Source: Acaryochloris marina MBIC11017
GTDB lineage: Bacteria; Cyanobacteriota; Cyanobacteriia; Thermosynechococcales; Thermosynechococcaceae
Reading direction: 5' to 3'
Assembly (NCBI RefSeq): GCF_000018105.1
Contig: NC_009925.1
Location: 5,125,015 to 5,149,014 of the forward strand
DNA length: 24,000 nt
Numbering within the stretch: the stretch's first letter is position 1; each line of letters begins with the position of its first letter. A program made the translations under genes and the position numbers. Of the stretch, positions 1 through 8,404 are shown in pieces. The notes beneath the pieces were generated by a model. It was given only the letters and a program-made list of their open reading frames with translations. It had not been told where the DNA came from and ran no database searches.

Positions 1-140
1 AATTAGGATTGTGGGGTGAAAATTATTTGGCTAGTTAAATTAAGCAGAGGTAAACTAATTTAAGTTTTTATTTAAATGTATTGGGCTATACAAAAAAGCT
101 GATTAGCCTATAAGGAAGCGGCTTGTGATGGATTTAGCTC

Positions 141-533
141 ATGAATACTGAAATCTCTAAGAAAAATGGTTTATCGTCGGCATTTGCCCAGCGACAAACC
201 AACATAATGGCAAACTTACAAAATCGTATGGATGTTGCGGCAGCCAAACACGATCAGCATTTGCTTGAACTCCTGACCCATGAACGGTTCCAGCTGGAAT
301 ACCATTGGCGTGATATTTCACCTCCCCCTCATCGACCGCCAAACGCTATCCGGCTTTGGCAACACATAACCCAGACATTCATCTCACGAAGGAAACTCAG
401 CTTAGAGCGCCGAATCACCCCTAAAGGGGAAGAATGGTGGCATGTCGCAGATCCCCGCTCTGGCAAAACTTTCAATGCCGAATCATTAGGTGTTGCAATG
501 CAGTGGATTGAGCAGAACCGGTTAGGACATTAA
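141..533 (+). CDS. hypothetical protein (130 aa), no recognisable domain
   Basis: Complete ATG-to-TAA ORF from the track; the only competitor is a 61-aa antisense ORF. It has a Gln/Leu-rich helical N-half, a PPPHRPP proline run and a Trp-rich C-terminal segment (GEEWWHVADPRSGKTFNAESLGVAMQWIEQN). No catalytic or binding motif recognised. Confidence 0.5.
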   Translation: MNTEISKKNGLSSAFAQRQTNIMANLQNRMDVAAAKHDQHLLELLTHERFQLEYHWRDISPPPHRPPNAIRLWQHITQTFISRRKLSLERRITPKGEEWWHVADPRSGKTFNAESLGVAMQWIEQNRLGH

Positions 534-638
534 TCGCAGCAGAGGAGCGCTTATTGCTAAAAAGTTCAGGTTTACCTTCTGTGTGAACTCAGGGCGAGCC
601 TTCTGTATGATCAGAGGGAACAAGCAGCTGGCATCCCC

Positions 639-1559
639 ATGAAAGTAGTCGTAACAGGAGCAACCGGATTTGTAGGCCAACGCCTCGTTGAACGGTTGCA
701 AGAAGAAGGCCATCAGGTCTTAGCATTAGTTCGAAGTCCCGATAAAGCGGCTAAGCTTTTCCCTTCCCAAAAATTTCCAAATGTCGAAATCCAGGGCTAT
801 GAACCTCAATCTTCAGGGGATTGGCAAACAGCTCTCTCGGGTTGGGATGGGGTGGTCAATCTGGCTGGAGAACCCCTCGTGGGCGATCGCTGGACGACCA
901 GCCGCAAGCAAGAAATCATTAATAGTCGTGCTGTCGGTACCCAGAAGCTGGTTGAGGCCATTGCCGCTGTGGACGAAAAGCCATCGGTGCTTGTGAATGC
1001 ATCCGCCATTGGTTTTTATGGCACTAGTGAAACGGCTACCTTTGATGAATCAAGCAATCCCGGCGATGATTTCTTGGCAGAAGTGTGTCAATCTTGGGAG
1101 AAATCAGCGCAATCGGCCACTGATACTGGCACGCGATTGGTTATTTTTCGGATTGGCATTGTTTTAGGAGATGGTGGAGCCTTAGCCAAAATGTTGCCCC
1201 CGTTTCAGATGTTTGCCGGTGGTCCCATTGGTAGTGGCAAACAGTGGTTCTCTTGGGTGCATTTAGATGACTTGGTGAACTTTATTCTGACAGCACTGAC
1301 GGATAGTAGTAAATCTGGTGTTTATAATGCCACAGCCCCCAATCCGGTAAGGATGAATGGACTGTGTGAATCTCTGGGCAAAGTGCTCAATCGCCCTTCT
1401 TGGCTGCCGGTTCCAGACATTGCTCTAGAGCTGTTGTTAGGGGAAGCGGCTCAGTTAGTTCTAGAAGGACAAAACGTACGACCAGAGAAAACTCAGGCCG
1501 ATGGATTTCAATATAAATATGAGACCATTGACTCGGCCCTTAAACAGATCTTGACCTAA
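639..1559 (+). CDS. NAD(P)-binding epimerase-family protein, YfcH / SDR39U1 (TIGR01777-like) type
   Basis: 306-aa ORF with an N-terminal Rossmann motif ([14 protein letters not shown]). The atypical-SDR body and C-terminal extension ([13 protein letters not shown] ... [18 protein letters not shown]) are typical of the YfcH/DUF1731 group. Its stop overlaps the next start (TAATG at 1557-1561). Confidence 0.85.
   Translation: MKVVVTGATGFVGQRLVERLQEEGHQVLALVRSPDKAAKLFPSQKFPNVEIQGYEPQSSGDWQTALSGWDGVVNLAGEPLVGDRWTTSRKQEIINSRAVGTQKLVEAIAAVDEKPSVLVNASAIGFYGTSETATFDESSNPGDDFLAEVCQSWEKSAQSATDTGTRLVIFRIGIVLGDGGALAKMLPPFQMFAGGPIGSGKQWFSWVHLDDLVNFILTALTDSSKSGVYNATAPNPVRMNGLCESLGKVLNRPSWLPVPDIALELLLGEAAQLVLEGQNVRPEKTQADGFQYKYETIDSALKQILT
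883..890. repeat. HIP1 octamer GCGATCGC
   Basis: Exact match read in the sequence. Confidence 0.95.
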
Positions 1560-2770
1560 TGGCACTCCAACGAATTCTGTTCCTTCACCCCAATTTCCCG
1601 GCTCAGTTCCGGCATTTGGCGATGGTGTTGGCGAAGAGTCCCAAGCATCAAGTGGTGTATGGGACGGCTCGGGAGGAGGGACAGATTCAAGGAGTCCAAA
1701 AAATTTTGTACAAACCGTCACGGGACGTCCGCCCCGAAACCCATCATTATGTCCGCCCTCTAGAGAGCGCGGTGTTGGAAGGACAGGCAGTATACCGGAT
1801 TGCTCAGCAGTTGAGCGAGCGGGGATTTGTGCCGGATGTGGTCTATGCCCATTCTGGATGGGGACCGGGATTATTCGTAAAGGATATTTTCCCGAAGGCT
1901 AAGTTCTGCTGCTTTTTTGAGTGGTATTACCATGCCCACGGTACTGATGCTGATTTTGACCCTGCCGATCCCCTTGATGCCGATGCAGAGGCCCGTATTC
2001 GGATTAAAAATGCCCCCATTTTATTGGATTTAGCCAGCTGTGATTATGGCCTGTCTCCGACTCAATGGCAGCGTCATCAATTCCCGCCAGAATTTCACAG
2101 CAAAATCAAGGTATTACATGATGGTATCGACACGGAGTATTTCCAGCCTAAACCGAGAGCCAAGCTAGTATTGCCTGACATCAATCTTGATCTGTCGGCG
2201 GTGGATGAAATTGTCACTTATGTGGCGCGAGGTATGGAACCCTACCGGGGGTTCCCCCAGTTTATGGAAGCCATTGCCTTATTGCAGAAGCAACGACCCA
2301 ATTGCCACGCGGTCGTGGTCGGGGCGGATCGGGTGGCTTATGGCAAAAAACTGCCCAATGGCAAAACTTATAAACAGCATATGTTGGAAACTTTGCCCCT
2401 AGACCGGTCGCGGTTACATTTTACGGGGCGGTTACCCTATAGCCAGTATTTGCAGGTGTTACAAGCTTCTTCCGTGCATGTTTATCTCACTCGGCCCTTT
2501 GTCTTGTCTTGGTCCATGCTGGAATCCATGTCTGCGGGCTGTTTACTGGTGGCTTCCAATACGGCCCCAGTGACAGAGGTGATTAAAGATGGGCAGAATG
2601 GCTTGCTGGTGGACTTTTTCTCACCGCAACAGGTGTGCGATCGCATCCAAGAAGCCCTCGATCACCCAGACGGCATGGCAGAACTTCGAGCCAATGCTCG
2701 TCAGACGATTCAGAAAACCTATGATTTGGCGAAATTATTGCCCCAGCACCTGGACTGGCTAACCCGCTAA
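1559..2770 (+). CDS. GT-B fold glycosyltransferase (GT4-like)
   Basis: 403-aa ORF. The C-terminal half carries the GT4/GT1 nucleotide-sugar binding signature (VHVYLTRPFVLSWSMLESMSAGCLLVASNTAPVTEVIKDGQNGLLVDF). Translationally coupled to the upstream epimerase-family gene. Confidence 0.8.
   Translation: MALQRILFLHPNFPAQFRHLAMVLAKSPKHQVVYGTAREEGQIQGVQKILYKPSRDVRPETHHYVRPLESAVLEGQAVYRIAQQLSERGFVPDVVYAHSGWGPGLFVKDIFPKAKFCCFFEWYYHAHGTDADFDPADPLDADAEARIRIKNAPILLDLASCDYGLSPTQWQRHQFPPEFHSKIKVLHDGIDTEYFQPKPRAKLVLPDINLDLSAVDEIVTYVARGMEPYRGFPQFMEAIALLQKQRPNCHAVVVGADRVAYGKKLPNGKTYKQHMLETLPLDRSRLHFTGRLPYSQYLQVLQASSVHVYLTRPFVLSWSMLESMSAGCLLVASNTAPVTEVIKDGQNGLLVDFFSPQQVCDRIQEALDHPDGMAELRANARQTIQKTYDLAKLLPQHLDWLTR
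2637..2644. repeat. HIP1 octamer GCGATCGC
   Basis: Exact match read in the sequence. Confidence 0.95.
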
Positions 2771-2773
2771 GGG

Positions 2774-3190
2774 CTAACCCACTTTTTTAGACGCCAACAC
2801 CTTAATTTTGGTGACTAGCGTCTTTTTCAGGATTTCGTAATCCGTCGCCGACCCAGAATTGGGTTTAGGAAAAAAGTCTAAGGCCCCCGCCTGCATCAAA
2901 TTAAAAATATTGTCTACATCGGAAGGATGCACACTATTGCTGATGACTAGTATGGGACGGGGAAAGTCCTTCATCACCTTTTCGGTGAATTCTAAACCGT
3001 CCATATTGGGCATCTGCAAATCGGTGCAAATGACATCTGGCATGGTTTGAGCAATAACTCTTAACCCTTCATTCCCGTCCTGGGCAGTGCCCACAACGTT
3101 GACTTCTGGGGCAGAATCCAGCAATCGACTGAGAATCTGGAGGGCAACTGCAGAATCTTCAACTAGGACTACTTTGATCGGATCTGTCAT
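2774..3190 (-). CDS. single-domain response regulator, CheB-type receiver plus linker without a methylesterase domain
   Basis: 138-aa ORF. Receiver residues are present: VEDS (acidic pocket), DLQMPNMDG (phospho-acceptor Asp), VISNS and FFPKP (Lys). From memory, the pattern VLxVDDSA...PDV...D..MP.MDGLEF...M....P.......GA.DF..KP plus the following helix resembles the N-terminal domain and linker of E. coli CheB. The ORF stops before any catalytic domain. Its ATG overlaps the CheA stop (ATGA, 3187-3190). Confidence 0.85.
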   Translation of the reverse strand: MTDPIKVVLVEDSAVALQILSRLLDSAPEVNVVGTAQDGNEGLRVIAQTMPDVICTDLQMPNMDGLEFTEKVMKDFPRPILVISNSVHPSDVDNIFNLMQAGALDFFPKPNSGSATDYEILKKTLVTKIKVLASKKVG

Positions 3191-5520
3191 GACGCAATTA
3201 ACCTCCTTAAGGTCTCGATAAGCAATGTTTGATCAAAATCACCTTTGGTTAGGTAAGCGTTGGCCCCCGCTTCCTGACCGCGACGTTTGTCTTCTTCCTT
3301 CGCTAGGGTTGTGACCAATACAATGGGAAGCTGCTGGTATTCCTGTCTCTGACGAATCTGGGCCGTCATTTCTAGTCCAGTTAAATTGGGCATTTCCACA
3401 TCAGACACCACCGCATCAAAGCGATCAGCCTGCAGCTTCTCCAATCCCTCTTGACCGTCTACTGCAGCAGTGACGTCATACCCAGCCCCTTGTAGAATCC
3501 GTTTCATTTGCGTTCGGATTGGTATGGAATCTTCAACCAACAACACCTTTGATGTCACGGCTTCATGTAAATGTTCGGACAAGGTGAGATCGTCCATGCC
3601 TTGGGTGGCTTGTAGGAAATCTTGGGGATTGAGTACCATACAGATCTCACCATTGCCCAAGATAGTGGCCCCGGTGATATTCCGAATGCGTTTCAGCAAT
3701 TTACTCTGGGGTTTTAGCACAATATCCTGCTGATCTACGAGTTGATCGATAAATAACCCCAAGCGTTCTGAACCAATTTGGAGAATGACACAAGGAATAT
3801 TGGTGCGTTCAGTTTCGTGTCTATCCTGTTCGGTTGGTAATTCAAGAACATCACTTAGCCACATTACAGATAAGGGTTGGTCTTGATCCGTAATAGTAGG
3901 ATGCCCTTCCAACGAAAAGATTTGGTCAGGGGTGACACTGATCATCTTGTCCACATATTCCAAGGGAATCGCGTAAGGATGCTGATTTACCTCAACAATA
4001 AGGACTGCAGTGGTGGTTAAGCTAGAGCTGAGAGTGAGCTGAAAGGTGCAGCCCTGGCTAGGAATCGAACGAACTTGAATGGTGCCTTGTAGTCGCTCCA
4101 CGTTGGCTCGGACCACATCCAAGCCGACCCCTCGCCCCGAAATCTCTGTCACTTGGGTCCGCGTCGAAAAACCGGGTGCAAAGATCAGAGACTGGACTTG
4201 GCTGGTGGTCATGCGGGCTAACTCGGTCTCAGTATGTAGCCCTCGTCTAATGGCCGTCTCTTGGATCTTGGTCAGCTCCAACCCTCGGCCATCGTCCGTG
4301 AGTTCAATGGCAATACTACTGCCCAATTGATACGCCCTTAAGCGGAGGGTAGCTGTTTCCGACTTACCCATCGCCATTCGTTCGGCTGTAGTCTCGATGC
4401 CATGGTCGATGGCATTGCGAACTAAGTGGGTTAAGGGAGCCTGCATCTGTTCCAAGATGTTTTTATCTGCCAGGGTATCTGTGCCTTCTAGAACCAGCTC
4501 AATCTGTTTTTGCTGTTGTTTGGCAAGATCCCGCACCATGCGAGGGAAAAGTTGAAATAGACCGGCCACGGGCAACATGCGCAAATTGCGAATGCCGACT
4601 TCTAATTGGTTAGCCGTAATATCCAAGCGAGTTGAATCTTCTCCCACTTGGGCCTTTAGATTTTCAATCTGAAAACTGAGGGCTGAGAGCCGCTGTTGAT
4701 GAACTTGCAAGACCTGATCCACCAACATGGCATCGGCCGCAGAGAGTTGCTGTTTTAGCGGCGTTAAACTCAACTGTTGGGCCTGTAAATCAGTGGTCCA
4801 TTGCTCCCTAAGGGTGGCTAATTGTTCCACTTCCCCAAGTCTCTGGGCAATTCGAAGTTTCGTAACAGCCAACTCACTCGCCTGAGTCATCAATTGATCC
4901 AGCTTGGCTGCCTCTACCCGCACGGTATCCACCTGATAAGGAGAGGTGGTCGGTGTTTCAGCGGGCTTAGATTGTCCCTGATCGGAGGGAGATTGTTTGA
5001 GAAGTTGATTCAGTTCAGCCGCTAAATCGGGCTCAGTCTCTTCCGCGACTTGTATCAAGGTGGCAGCAGGGTCAATCTCTACAGTTTCATCCCCTTGAAT
5101 GATATCTAGGGTCGCTGCAGGCCCTGAAGGAATGTCCGCATCATCGCCAGCCATCAACTGGGCCATGACGTGGAAAACACTCACATCTGTCTGTTCCCCA
5201 GTCACTGCCGTATGGGCAATTTTACGAACTGCATCCAAACCAGAGTAAAGGAGATCGCATAACCCAGACGATAAAATTCGATCCCCTTGCTCAACCTCAG
5301 ACAAAAGATCCTCCATCTGATGAGTAACGGTCTCGGCATCACCAACCCCCAGCATCCGCGAATCCCCCTTAAGGGAATGGGTTGCTCTTAGGAGTGCTTG
5401 TAACTGCTGTTGATCCTCTGGGTTTTTTTCCAAATGGAGCAAACCTGCTTCTATGGTTTCGATATGTTCGGCACTGGCAGCTTTGTAAAGTCCACGCAGT
5501 TCGTCATCTTCGATGAACAT
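3187..5520 (-). CDS. CheA-type histidine kinase fused to a C-terminal receiver (CheA-CheY hybrid, TaxAY/PixL/HmpE-like)
   Basis: 777-aa ORF. Seen: an Hpt site (ATHSLKGDSRMLG) and a long Pro/Ser/Gln linker plus coiled region. HATPase boxes are N (HLVRNAIDHGIE), G1 (DDGRGL), F (FAPGFST) and G2 (GRGVGLD). A CheW-like P5 segment follows, then a C-terminal REC (VLLVEDS ... VVSDVEMPNLTG ... LTKGDF). Confidence 0.9.
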   Translation of the reverse strand: MFIEDDELRGLYKAASAEHIETIEAGLLHLEKNPEDQQQLQALLRATHSLKGDSRMLGVGDAETVTHQMEDLLSEVEQGDRILSSGLCDLLYSGLDAVRKIAHTAVTGEQTDVSVFHVMAQLMAGDDADIPSGPAATLDIIQGDETVEIDPAATLIQVAEETEPDLAAELNQLLKQSPSDQGQSKPAETPTTSPYQVDTVRVEAAKLDQLMTQASELAVTKLRIAQRLGEVEQLATLREQWTTDLQAQQLSLTPLKQQLSAADAMLVDQVLQVHQQRLSALSFQIENLKAQVGEDSTRLDITANQLEVGIRNLRMLPVAGLFQLFPRMVRDLAKQQQKQIELVLEGTDTLADKNILEQMQAPLTHLVRNAIDHGIETTAERMAMGKSETATLRLRAYQLGSSIAIELTDDGRGLELTKIQETAIRRGLHTETELARMTTSQVQSLIFAPGFSTRTQVTEISGRGVGLDVVRANVERLQGTIQVRSIPSQGCTFQLTLSSSLTTTAVLIVEVNQHPYAIPLEYVDKMISVTPDQIFSLEGHPTITDQDQPLSVMWLSDVLELPTEQDRHETERTNIPCVILQIGSERLGLFIDQLVDQQDIVLKPQSKLLKRIRNITGATILGNGEICMVLNPQDFLQATQGMDDLTLSEHLHEAVTSKVLLVEDSIPIRTQMKRILQGAGYDVTAAVDGQEGLEKLQADRFDAVVSDVEMPNLTGLEMTAQIRQRQEYQQLPIVLVTTLAKEEDKRRGQEAGANAYLTKGDFDQTLLIETLRRLIAS

Positions 5521-5631
5521 GGTTGTTATGCTTGCTTAGATAAAGGGTGGGGAAAAGCAGGAAAGAGCTTTCGCTTTGGAGTCGAAAGATCCCAGACAAT
5601 CAAGGGTTTCTTTCCTAAAAATAAGGCGGTC

Positions 5632-6990
5632 TTAAACCGTAACAGCCAATTGTTGAGCAACGTCAGTCAGCTGTTCTGTAGTGGTATTCACCTCACTCAC
5701 GGCAGAGGCGGTTTCTTGGGCACCCAGGTTAATGGTGTTAATCGCGGAAACCGCTTGCTGAACCACGACCGCCTGCTGTTTAGAACTCTGAGCAATCGTT
5801 TGACTACTTTCAAACACCTCCTGAATGGACTGGGCCATTTTGACAATCACGTCATTGGTGGATTCCGCTAGTTCAATCCCCTTCGTTGCCGTTTTGGTCC
5901 CTTCATCGGTTACCATCACAGTGCTATTAATCGAAGCTTGAATATCCGCAACCAAAGTATTAATCTTGTCAGCCGAACTGCGGCTTTGGTCCGCCAGCTT
6001 TCGAATTTCACCGGCAACCACCGCGAAACCTTTTCCTTCTTCACCAGCTCGGGCTGCTTCCACCGCTGCGTTTAGGGCCAGCATGTTCGTTTGGTCCGCA
6101 ATGCCAGCCACCAGCTGAGACACCGTCGAAATCTGTCCCGTTTGTTCACTCAACTGCATAATTTGTTCAGCAATTTCTCCTACTTTGGTTCGGAGTTCGC
6201 CAATCCCTTCCACCGTCTCAGCCACGGATTGGGCTCCATTCTTAGAGAGTTCTAGGGCTTCCTGGGCCCCTTTGGCTGATAAATCAGCTTGCTGGGCCGC
6301 TTGCATGGAAGACATCCCTAGCCCTTCAATGGTGACCGTTGTATCTTTAACGGATTGGGTTTGTTCGTTGATGATTTGCTCTTGTTTGCCAACGGTTTCC
6401 GCAATGGCGTAAGAGCTGGTGGCCACAGATCCGACGGAATTGGTCAATACTTTTGAAGCTTGTTGAATGGTCCAGAAAATAAATCCTAGAACGATCAAGT
6501 TCAAGGCCAACACAACGTACTGGGTATTGCTTAGCCCTTGAACGTTATTGGTGGCTGCATTTTCAGCGGCAGACACAGCTTCGTTGGTTAACTCAAAAAA
6601 TTTTTCGCTCTCATTAATGACCTGAGCTTTCATACTAGGATTTGACCGATATTGCTCAATCATCTGTCCCAATACTTGCCATTCAGCTTCTACAGCCTGA
6701 ATTTTGTCTAGGAACGCGGCATCTGTGGCCTTGGGCAAACCCAGTTCAGCATCTCCGTTAATCAAGCCGTTGATGAGACCATCAATTTTCTGGCGAAGTT
6801 GATTATCCGGTTTGCCATTCGTTTCCAATTTGACCAAGCGCTGGGTGGCCCCCCGAACAATACCTGCATTGTTCACAACCGTACCGTCGTTTGTGTTGCG
6901 ACCGATGTTGCTAACGGTGTAAGCAGTGGTGCCTAGGGCAAAAACCGTCAAGCCTGCAACGGTCCATCGGAGTTGGTTTGTAATTTTCAT
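5632..6990 (-). CDS. methyl-accepting chemotaxis protein with a PilJ-type periplasmic sensor and no HAMP domain
   Basis: 452-aa ORF with two TM segments ([20 protein letters not shown] and [20 protein letters not shown]). The ~130-aa periplasmic region contains the PilJ/NarX-like motif [15 protein letters not shown]. The MCP hairpin tip is highly conserved ([38 protein letters not shown]). The signalling domain follows TM2 directly. Confidence 0.9.
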   Translation of the reverse strand: MKITNQLRWTVAGLTVFALGTTAYTVSNIGRNTNDGTVVNNAGIVRGATQRLVKLETNGKPDNQLRQKIDGLINGLINGDAELGLPKATDAAFLDKIQAVEAEWQVLGQMIEQYRSNPSMKAQVINESEKFFELTNEAVSAAENAATNNVQGLSNTQYVVLALNLIVLGFIFWTIQQASKVLTNSVGSVATSSYAIAETVGKQEQIINEQTQSVKDTTVTIEGLGMSSMQAAQQADLSAKGAQEALELSKNGAQSVAETVEGIGELRTKVGEIAEQIMQLSEQTGQISTVSQLVAGIADQTNMLALNAAVEAARAGEEGKGFAVVAGEIRKLADQSRSSADKINTLVADIQASINSTVMVTDEGTKTATKGIELAESTNDVIVKMAQSIQEVFESSQTIAQSSKQQAVVVQQAVSAINTINLGAQETASAVSEVNTTTEQLTDVAQQLAVTV

Positions 6991-7093
6991 TGAATTGCTG
7001 GTGTCCTTTGACTAGTAAAGGTTTGATACGAAGTCCGCAAATAGCGGTCATAAAAAGATTGATCGGCCATCCCTGGCCCTAGGTTCAGATCAG

Positions 7094-8377
7094 CTAAGCC
7101 ACACTCAAGACTCCTTGGCTAATCATTTTGGGTAGATCCAGAAGATTGAGGTATTGATTGTCGTAGAGAATCATGCCCTGCAAAAACTCACGGTAAGTAG
7201 CGGAGACAGCGGCTGGAATCGGAGCAATCTGGGCTGATGATAAAGCAGTCACATCGATCACCTCATCAACGGTGAGACCTGCCACCACATCGTCCACCTC
7301 AAAGACGACTGCTTTTTGAGGTGACTCCCTGGAGTCGTCGGACAGATTTAAAGCTTTTTGGATATTCACTAAGGTCATCACTTCCCCTCTTAAATTGATA
7401 TTGCCCACAATATGTTGGGGACAACAGGGAATGGGGGTCACGGACCGAATATTGATAAATTCTCGAACCCAACTTAAGTCCAAACCAAAATACTGATTGC
7501 CTAGTCCCACAACGGCTAAAGACCGCAAATCAGCAGGATCGGTGTCGGTGGGTGCCTCTCTTAAACTGGCCGCCCGTTGCCGAAAAATGTCTTGATCGGC
7601 CTCAGACGCATCGGGGCAGTAACGCTCAAAAAAAGTACCCAGCTTAGGAGGTTGAATGGCAGTGGGTTCAGGCTCAAATGCCTCTTCCAGAGCAGCCTCT
7701 AATGGCTGATCTGAGTCAGACTCAGCCGCTTCTAGATCAGCCGTTAACATTTGTTCTGAATCAGAGCCTGATTCAGAATCATTCAGTAACGCTTCCCACT
7801 GTTGATGCAGGGCTGCGATCTCATCCGGATCTTCAACCTCTTCTAGGGTCTCTGATGATGGTTCTGATTCTAGGTTGAGTGGAATTTCTGGAAAGTCGGG
7901 CTCTGTCCTGTCCAGTTCAGATTCCCAGGCCAGGCTAGCGACCTGATCCGGCTGGCGGATCAGGGTTTCTGGGTTGAGAAACACAATAGGGACCTCTAGT
8001 TCCCGGGTGACGCCTTTGATGTAAGGGGAAGCTTGAGACCTTCCGTATTCAACAGATGTATCAATTGCAGCTGCGCCAAACGTCAGTACATCTTGGACCT
8101 GATTAACGACGATCCCGACTTGAATGCCTTGCCAGTCCATAATGATGACGGCATCCTTGAGCTTACAATTGGGCTGAGATTGGCCCAATCGACAAGCTAA
8201 ATGCATAACGGGGACAATTTTTCCCCGTAGATTTAGCATGCCAATAATATCTGGGGGAGCTTCTGCCAGAGGCGTTAGTTCCGGTAAAGGAAAAACTTCT
8301 TGTACGAGCTCAGCATCAATTCCATACCACAATTCTTGCAGCTGAAAGATCAGATAAGCTTGATTGTCCATAACCAT
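7094..8377 (-). CDS. tandem (double) CheW-domain scaffold protein with a long acidic linker
   Basis: 427-aa ORF. The first CheW-like module is at about residues 5-150 (YLIFQLQELWYGIDAELVQEV ... IIGMLNLRGKIVPVMHL). The second is at about residues 285-427 (LAVVGLGNQYFGLDLSWVREF ... IVGNINLRGEVMTLVNI). Between them is an Asp/Glu/Ser-rich low-complexity segment of about 130 aa. The start could be Met1 (8377) or Met3 (8371). Confidence 0.85.
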   Translation of the reverse strand: MVMDNQAYLIFQLQELWYGIDAELVQEVFPLPELTPLAEAPPDIIGMLNLRGKIVPVMHLACRLGQSQPNCKLKDAVIIMDWQGIQVGIVVNQVQDVLTFGAAAIDTSVEYGRSQASPYIKGVTRELEVPIVFLNPETLIRQPDQVASLAWESELDRTEPDFPEIPLNLESEPSSETLEEVEDPDEIAALHQQWEALLNDSESGSDSEQMLTADLEAAESDSDQPLEAALEEAFEPEPTAIQPPKLGTFFERYCPDASEADQDIFRQRAASLREAPTDTDPADLRSLAVVGLGNQYFGLDLSWVREFINIRSVTPIPCCPQHIVGNINLRGEVMTLVNIQKALNLSDDSRESPQKAVVFEVDDVVAGLTVDEVIDVTALSSAQIAPIPAAVSATYREFLQGMILYDNQYLNLLDLPKMISQGVLSVA

Positions 8378-8404
8378 ATGTCCTTTGGAAAAATATTGAA
8401 CCCA

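Noticed and set aside
3470-5871. Plus-strand ORFs 3470..3733, 4079..4330, 4822..5025 and 5410..5871 (67-153 aa).
   Set aside because: All lie antisense to the well-supported CheA hybrid and MCP genes. Their sequences are low-complexity (Ser/Arg/Leu-rich) with no motifs. These are typical shadow ORFs.
7756-7776. Perfect 9-bp inverted repeat CTGAATCAG-AGC-CTGATTCAG, and the nearby CTGAGTCAGACTCAG, inside the CheW gene.
   Set aside because: They fall in the acidic linker, where alternating Ser/Asp/Glu codons (TCA/GAT/TCT/GAA on the coding strand) generate self-complementary strings. Codon repetition explains them better than a regulatory hairpin does.
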